From assembly GCF_009914755.1 (NCBI RefSeq), contig NC_060939.1: a stretch of 64,000 nucleotides of DNA, one strand, 5' to 3'. The stretch is from the human T2T-CHM13v2.0 reference genome, Homo sapiens. A program made the position numbers and the translations under genes. Below, one piece after another: positions 58,054-64,000 of this stretch; positions within the stretch are counted from its first letter, which is position 1, and each line of letters starts with the position of its first letter. The notes under the pieces were generated by a model. It did no database searches, was not told the DNA's origin, and was given only the letters and a program-made list of their open reading frames with translations.

Positions 58054-59140
58054 TATCAGGTGAAATTCACCCCTGATATTTCACGTAGGTTCTTTTCTAG
58101 TTTCCCTAAGTGTCGGCTGGTCTGAGAAATAAAGGGACAGAGTACAAAAGAGAGAAATTTTAAAGCTGGGTGTCCAGGGGAGACATCACATGTCGGCAGG
58201 TTCCGCAATGCCCTCTGAGCCGTAAAATCAGCAAGTTTTTATTAGTGATTTTCAAAAGGGGAGGGAGTGTATGAACAGGGTGTGGGTCACAGAGATCACA
58301 TGCTTCACAAGGTAATAAGATATCACGAGGTAAATGGAGGCAGGGCGAGATCACAGGACCACAGGACTGGGGTGAAATTAAAATTGCTAATGAAGTTTCA
58401 GGCACGCATTGTCATTGATAACATCTTATCAGGAGACAGGGTTTGAGAGCAGACAACCAGTCTGACCAAAATTTATTAGGTGGGAATTTCCTCGTCCTAA
58501 TAAGCCTGGGAGCACTATGGGAGACTGGGGCTTATTTCATCCCTGCAGCTGCAACCATAAAAGACAGCCGCCCCCAAAAGGGGCCATTTCAGAGGCCTAC
58601 CCTCAGGGACACATTCTCCTTCTCAGGGATGTTCCTTGCTGAGAAAAAGAATTCAGCGATATTTCTCTCATTTGCTTTTGAAAGAAGAGAAATATGACTC
58701 TGTTCTGCCTGGCTCACTGGCAGTCAGAGTTTAAGGTTATCTCTCTTGTTCCTTGAACATTGCTGTTATCCTGTTCTTTTTTCAAGATGCCCAGATTTCA
58801 TATTGTTCAAACACACATACTCTACAATTTGTGCAGTTAACGCAATCATCACAGGGTCCTGAGGCGACATACATCCTCCTCAGTTTATGAAGATGACGGG
58901 ATTAAGAGATTAAAGTAAAGACAGGCATAGGAAATCACAAGGGTATTGATTGGGGAAGTGATAAGTGTCCATGAAATCTTCACAATTTATGTTCAGAGAC
59001 TGCAGTAAAGACAGGCATAAGAAATTATAAAAGTATTAATTTGGGGAACTAATAAATGTCCATGAAATCTTCACAATTTATGTTCTTCTGCCATGGCTTC
59101 AGCCAGTCCCTCCGTTCGGGGTCCCTGACTTCCCACAACA
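58054..59140 (-). mobile_element. Solo MER11 LTR (HERV-K11 / HML-8; MER11C-like)
   Basis: Minus strand begins TGTTGTGGGAAGTCAGGGACCCCGAACGGAGGGA; internal tandem duplication of about 87 bp (58914-59085); flanks GGAGG/GGAGC; interrupts a MIR-like core. Confidence 0.9.
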
Positions 59141-59244
59141 GGAGCATTGGACCAGAGTGGTGGTTTATAGTGATTTTCAATTTGTTGCTGAATCTTTTCT
59201 TTAAGTGGTGTCTTATACAGAAACCCTACATCGAAGGTAATTTT

Positions 59245-59410
59245 ATTTTTTTAAAGGTGGTGTCTTGCAATATTGCCCAGGCTGGGGTGCATTGTCTATT
59301 CACAGGCCTGATCATAGCTCACTGCAGCCTCAAACTTCCTGAGTTCAAGCGACCTTCCTGCCTCAGGTCTCCTGAGTAGCTAGGATTACACATGAGCGTC
59401 ACTGCACCAC
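59245..59410 (-). mobile_element. Diverged Alu monomer (FAM/FRAM-like)
   Basis: TTGCCCAGGCTGG..CTATTCACAGG..ATAGCTCACTGCAGCCTC..GTAGCTAGGATTACA. Confidence 0.75.
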
Positions 59411-59539
59411 ACAATAATCTTAAAGATGAAGTTGCTCTGATTGATGATGGGGTGGCAGACCCAGAAACTTATTTACTCATTCACAGATACACCAAGACAA
59501 CAAATTTTTTTTTGAAATTTTTTTTAGTATTCTTACTGC

Positions 59540-60220
59540 CTGGGAAACATGGTGGGGGGGGCAGATGATAAATAAACATAGTAAGTCAACAAATTCTATG
59601 ATATGTTAGAAGGTGATATATATAACAGAATAAAGAAAATAAGTTAGGGGAAGGGAAGTCCACAGTGTCCAGTTGATGTGGAGGTAAATGCTATAGAGAA
59701 AGGAGTCTGGGAAGGCCTCAGGGAGAAAGTGAGGTTTAAGCAAAAACCTGAAAAGTGGCTGAGGGAACTACCAAGCACATATCTGGGAGACAAGTGTCCC
59801 AGGCAGAGGATGCAGCTGAAGCAAAGGCTCTCCACGTGAACATGTCTGTGCACTGGAGGAACAGCAAGGAAGTCAGGATGGCGGGAGTGTAGTGAACCAG
59901 GAAGTCAGTCATGGGAGATGAGTAGAGGGGAACCAGGGGCTGGATGATGCAAGGCCTTGCAGAGTCTTGCCAGGAATTTGGCTTTTAGGCTCAGTGACAT
60001 GGAGAACACCGCATAGTTCTGAGCAGGGGAGAGATCTGATGTGACTTCTGTTTTTACAGGCTCACTTTTGCTGCTGTATTGAGAATAGACCAGACAGTTA
60101 TAAGAATGGAAACAAAGAGGCCAGTTAAGAGGCTAGTGTCTGATTCAGGCCAGAAATGAGGTTGCTCAGACCAGGGTAGTAGCAGTAACAGGCAGTGAGA
60201 AATGTGTCCAGGGTCTGGAT
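59540..60220. mobile_element. L2 LINE fragment
   Basis: Purine-rich L2 motifs (GGAAGGCCTC..GAGAAAGTGA; GGAATTTGGCTTTT; GCTGCTGTATTGAGAATAGAC). Confidence 0.65.
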
Positions 60221-61342
60221 AGTTTCCAGGCCCACCCCTCAGCCTCTTCCTCATTCCCATAGCTGCTTCTGGGGACCTCCCGGAATCCCTGAGACTTCCA
60301 GGAGCACAGTTTGCAAATCCATGGGTCTGATGACCTGCAAGTCTCCCTTCTGGTTCTGGACTCCAGCTCCAGGGGAGCCAGAGCACTAGTGTTCAAGGAG
60401 CTACACAAGGGACGGTGTGATCTGCTGGGCCTAATTTTTTTTTCCAACCAAAACATTTACATTTTGAATAATCAGAAATATTTTGGCTTATAAATCATCA
60501 TCAGTTTCTAGCCCAAGCCCATTTTCACATCAGCCGTTCTGGCCTCACGTTTTGGCTGCAGGCAAGAAGTCCAGTGAAGGCCTCAAATGTGCAGTCATTT
60601 CCTTATGCCCATGTTCAACTCTCTTCTCTGGATGACAGAAAGAGACGAGAGACCACTTGGGACCCCAACACCCAAATCCCTCCACAAGATAACCTCTGTG
60701 CTGTCTGCACTGTGATATTCATAACTTAGGATTTTACACACAGTGGGTTCTCAAAGGAAATAGGTAGCGTTGATTCAAATCTATGACAATAACTCCACAT
60801 AAAAACAATATTATAAACAGCAAAATTGCAAAGAGTTGCAAGGTGGATGTATGTTTCTATTCACTTTAGCCAAACCTTATAGGCAGCTGCCCGTGATATG
60901 ATCTGAGGGGCACAGAGGGCCCACCTACCTAAATTATCTCCTCCCATAGTCTTCTATGGCCAGGATGCTGGATAGGATTTATCTCAAATACCAAATGTGA
61001 TCAATTAGTAAAGTCTGTCTGGAACAGTGTGTTGAGGATGGAAAAGCCACATCCAAAATCAACATAACAAAAAAGAACTGTATTTGATTAGTAATGTCTG
61101 CTATGGCCACAGGGTGAGAAAATATTGTTATATATTTTATCCTTATTTTAAGCTTTTATTTTATGTTAAAAGTCCCTGTATTCAGAAGGTACCAGTTAAA
61201 ATACAAACATGAACAGGAAGAGTTCCAGTAATGAAGCAAGTTGAATACCCATTCACATGTTCTGTATGTCTCAAAGAGTAAACTCTATTTCTTAAGTATG
61301 TACCTGAATCTTTAATTGGAGGTAGCCTGGCCCAAATCTGCT

Positions 61343-61410
61343 TTGTTAGGAATTGTTATATGCAAATCTGGTAACATTGTTAGGAATTGTTATATGCAAA
61401 TCTGGTAACA
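61343..61410. repeat. Perfect 34-bp tandem duplication
   Basis: TTGTTAGGAATTGTTATATGCAAATCTGGTAACA x2, identical. Confidence 0.97.
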
Positions 61411-62399
61411 TTCAACCCAGCTGTTTTGTCTGTTGCTTGTTGGCATCTTAGAAGTTATTTTTGAGCACCCACTATTTGCAAGGCACAATTAGGTGCTTTC
61501 TATATAATATCTCAAATTCTCACCACAACCCAGCAAGTAGGTATGATTTATCTCCATTTTCCAGATAAGGGACTGGGATGTCACACTGCTATATGTGGCA
61601 GACAGAGGTTCTGAATCCAGTTCTGCCACCTTCAACACCTGGCTCTCCCCCTCTTTTAAACATTTGCAATGGGACCTCTGAGCTCAAGCACAGCCTCCTG
61701 TAAAGGGGAGATTACCAGCAAATGGCTGTTACCAGCTGACAAATGATGAAGCTGTTCATCTCAAAGATGACACCAGCCTAAGCCTGGTGATCTTTGTGAT
61801 TTCGCTAAGTAAAGCCCCAAGGGCAATTAACACTGATTCAATAAAGGCCAAAGCCCTTACCCAATCATTTGTTTGCATCCCTTCAATAAAATAGAAATGT
61901 CAGCTGGATGTGACGTGCCTCATACTGCCAGTGATATTTTGAAAGAAATGACTGTTTTCTCAGAACTCACATTTCCTCTCCAGCCTCCTCCCGTCCCTGT
62001 TGCTCCCCAAGCCACCTCCTGTCAGAGTGGTTGCTGGGAAAAACATCAGGTTTCCAAATGCTGAGTCAGGAGTGGAAAGTTTCCCAGAAAATGTACCAAA
62101 TTTTTAGATTTGCATTTCTGATCTTTATAGGGAAGAAATATTTAGTTGCTGGTTTCCACTGGCACACATATGATGAATTTAGGGTGTAAGAAGCAAAATT
62201 TCAAATAAGCATTGTTGCCTGACACATCATTTGTAAAGCTCGCGAGAGGAGACACTGACAGGTTTCACCCACAAGTTTTTAACCCACAGTACCTATTGTG
62301 CACACAGGGAGATCCATATAGCCTGTGTAATGAAGGAGGGTGCTATGGAGGAGGCATGAATTCCTGTGTTTGCATCTCTCTCTCATTGAAAGTTTGGAA

Positions 62400-62650
62400 A
62401 CCTGACTGAGGCTCTGGGATCAGACTTCCTCAGCTTGAATCCCAGATTTACCTCTTGCTAGCTTTGTGACCTTGGACATATTTTTTTAACCTCTCTGTAC
62501 TTCAGTTTCCTCAACTATAAACCGGGTATTGTAATTGAGCCTACAAAAATCCTGGAGTGGTTGTAAAAACAAAATATGACACTGGGGATAAAAGGTTTAG
62601 CATAGCTTAGTATTGTATAAGCTCAGTAAGAAGTTGCTTTTATTATTATT
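62400..62650 (+). mobile_element. MIR SINE
   Basis: TTGAATCCCAG..TGTGACCTTGGACA..AACCTCTCTGTACTTCAGTTTCCTCA. Confidence 0.75.
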
Positions 62651-62786
62651 ACTGTTATTGTTTACATTTGGGTATAGGATATGGACAACTGTCACCTTCA
62701 CACTTGCAAGAGGGGTGCACAAGGGTATTGTCAAGCAGGGGAAGAAGTTGGATCTTTAAAATGTGCTTGGCCATAGCAAGTCCCTG

Positions 62787-62788
<2 letters not shown>

Positions 62789-62832
<44 letters not shown>
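62789..62832. repeat. (TC)22 microsatellite
   Basis: Pure dinucleotide run. Confidence 0.97.
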
Positions 62833-62834
<2 letters not shown>

Positions 62835-64000
62835 GTCTACTCTCATCAGATGTCTTCTGTGAAGTGGAGGGACTATTAGGCAGAGGCCACGCTGCAAACA
62901 TTTCCAACTTATATCAAACTAGCCTAAGTGACCTCAGAGGAAGGAAAAGCAACAGAATCTCTAGGGAAGCCTCGACTGGCCCAGCTTGATCATGGGACCC
63001 TCCCCGGGCCAATCACAGTGGCAAAGGGAAGAGGGTACTTCTGTTGGCTATTGAACAAAACCTCACTGGGCAGTGGAGGGGAGCTCTTCAGGGGATGGGA
63101 ATGCTGTCCTGGAAGAGAGAGGACAGGTATGCTGCCAAGACAAAAACAACAGATGTTGGTCCTCCAACACTCACCCTCAGTACATAAAAATAAGCTGCTT
63201 TGGCCACACATGAGTACATCACTTTATTAATAACCAAATAACATTCTTTGTGATTAAAAAAATTGTTATATAAACCAACTTGGAAGCTTAAAACCAAAAG
63301 CAACAAAAAAGCATAGATATATATGCCTTATATATATATATTCTGCCAATAGGTATAAAACAAATTATATTTTAAAATATTAATCAGATCATTGTTAATT
63401 TTATAACTTTATTTTTTCAGCTTCATAGGCTTTTATTCTAAGTTGTGGTCATGTTAAATTTTCTGGTCCTATGGAGTTCCTTAAGCCGTTTTGTTTTTAT
63501 GTGGGAAGGGAGAAAACATTCCGCTACAGATATGGGATGCAAGTTGACAGAAACAAAATTTGTAAAGAGTGTGCTTCCATTTCTTGGTATACAATGCTTT
63601 CATAGCAAATTTGCAAATAATTTAATTTATCTTTTTGATGATTTGGGGTAAGGTGGTCATGTAATCCAGGCAACATGAGAATATTTCTTGTACCCTCTGT
63701 CAAATATTTATTAGTTGATTCCCTAAATATTTCTTGAGGTTCTACTATGTTATTTTTACCCATTTGAATGAAAGCTGTTGGAGTAGGAAGTACAAACAAG
63801 TCGGCACTGTTCCCAGTCTTGGAACTCTGATGACTCATTGGGTGGTCTCTTGACTTAAAACTTAATTCCAGACACCTGATGGCAATCAGACTGGATTTAA
63901 GCCAAAAAGCCAAACAGGTGAAGTAAGACATTTAAACTGTCGATGAATAAATGATGACCTCTTCAGGCAGAGGAGAGGCAGTATCTGGGAAGGGGAACAG

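Noticed and set aside
58914-59085. Tandem duplication of about 87 bp
   Set aside because: As recalled, this is an intrinsic feature of the MER11 LTR consensus rather than a locus-specific event.

Overview
Human (primate) genomic DNA from the VPS13C / C2CD4A locus (chr15q22, recognised from the protein sequences). The minus strand carries the CpG-island promoter and coding exons 1-6 of VPS13C. I assembled these exons by hand: all have GT-AG junctions and splice into one open frame encoding the chorein-N start, [77 protein letters not shown]... The plus strand carries C2CD4A head-to-head about 6.5 kb away, with a TATA promoter, a non-coding exon 1 and a single 369-codon coding exon inside a CpG island. 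A decayed processed NPM1 pseudogene follows on the minus strand. The rest is mostly interspersed repeats: about 20 Alus, several L1s including a nested L1PB/L1MA/Alu stack and a 2 kb L1PA, solo LTR13, MER11 and MST LTRs, and DNA transposon fossils. Repeat subfamily names come from my recall of consensus sequences and need RepeatMasker confirmation. Nearly all ORFs in the supplied track are Alu, L1, low-complexity or GC-shadow artefacts. I found no convincing new protein-coding system. The best leads are regulatory: (1) alternative poly(A) sites that include or exclude an inverted Alu pair in the C2CD4A 3'UTR; (2) a perfect 34-bp duplication of a SOX-octamer module about 650 bp from a dense NFAT/MARE/STAT cluster downstream of C2CD4A; (3) a perfect 68-bp AT-rich palindrome in VPS13C intron 3; (4) a consensus decoy 5' splice site 41 nt after VPS13C exon 2.
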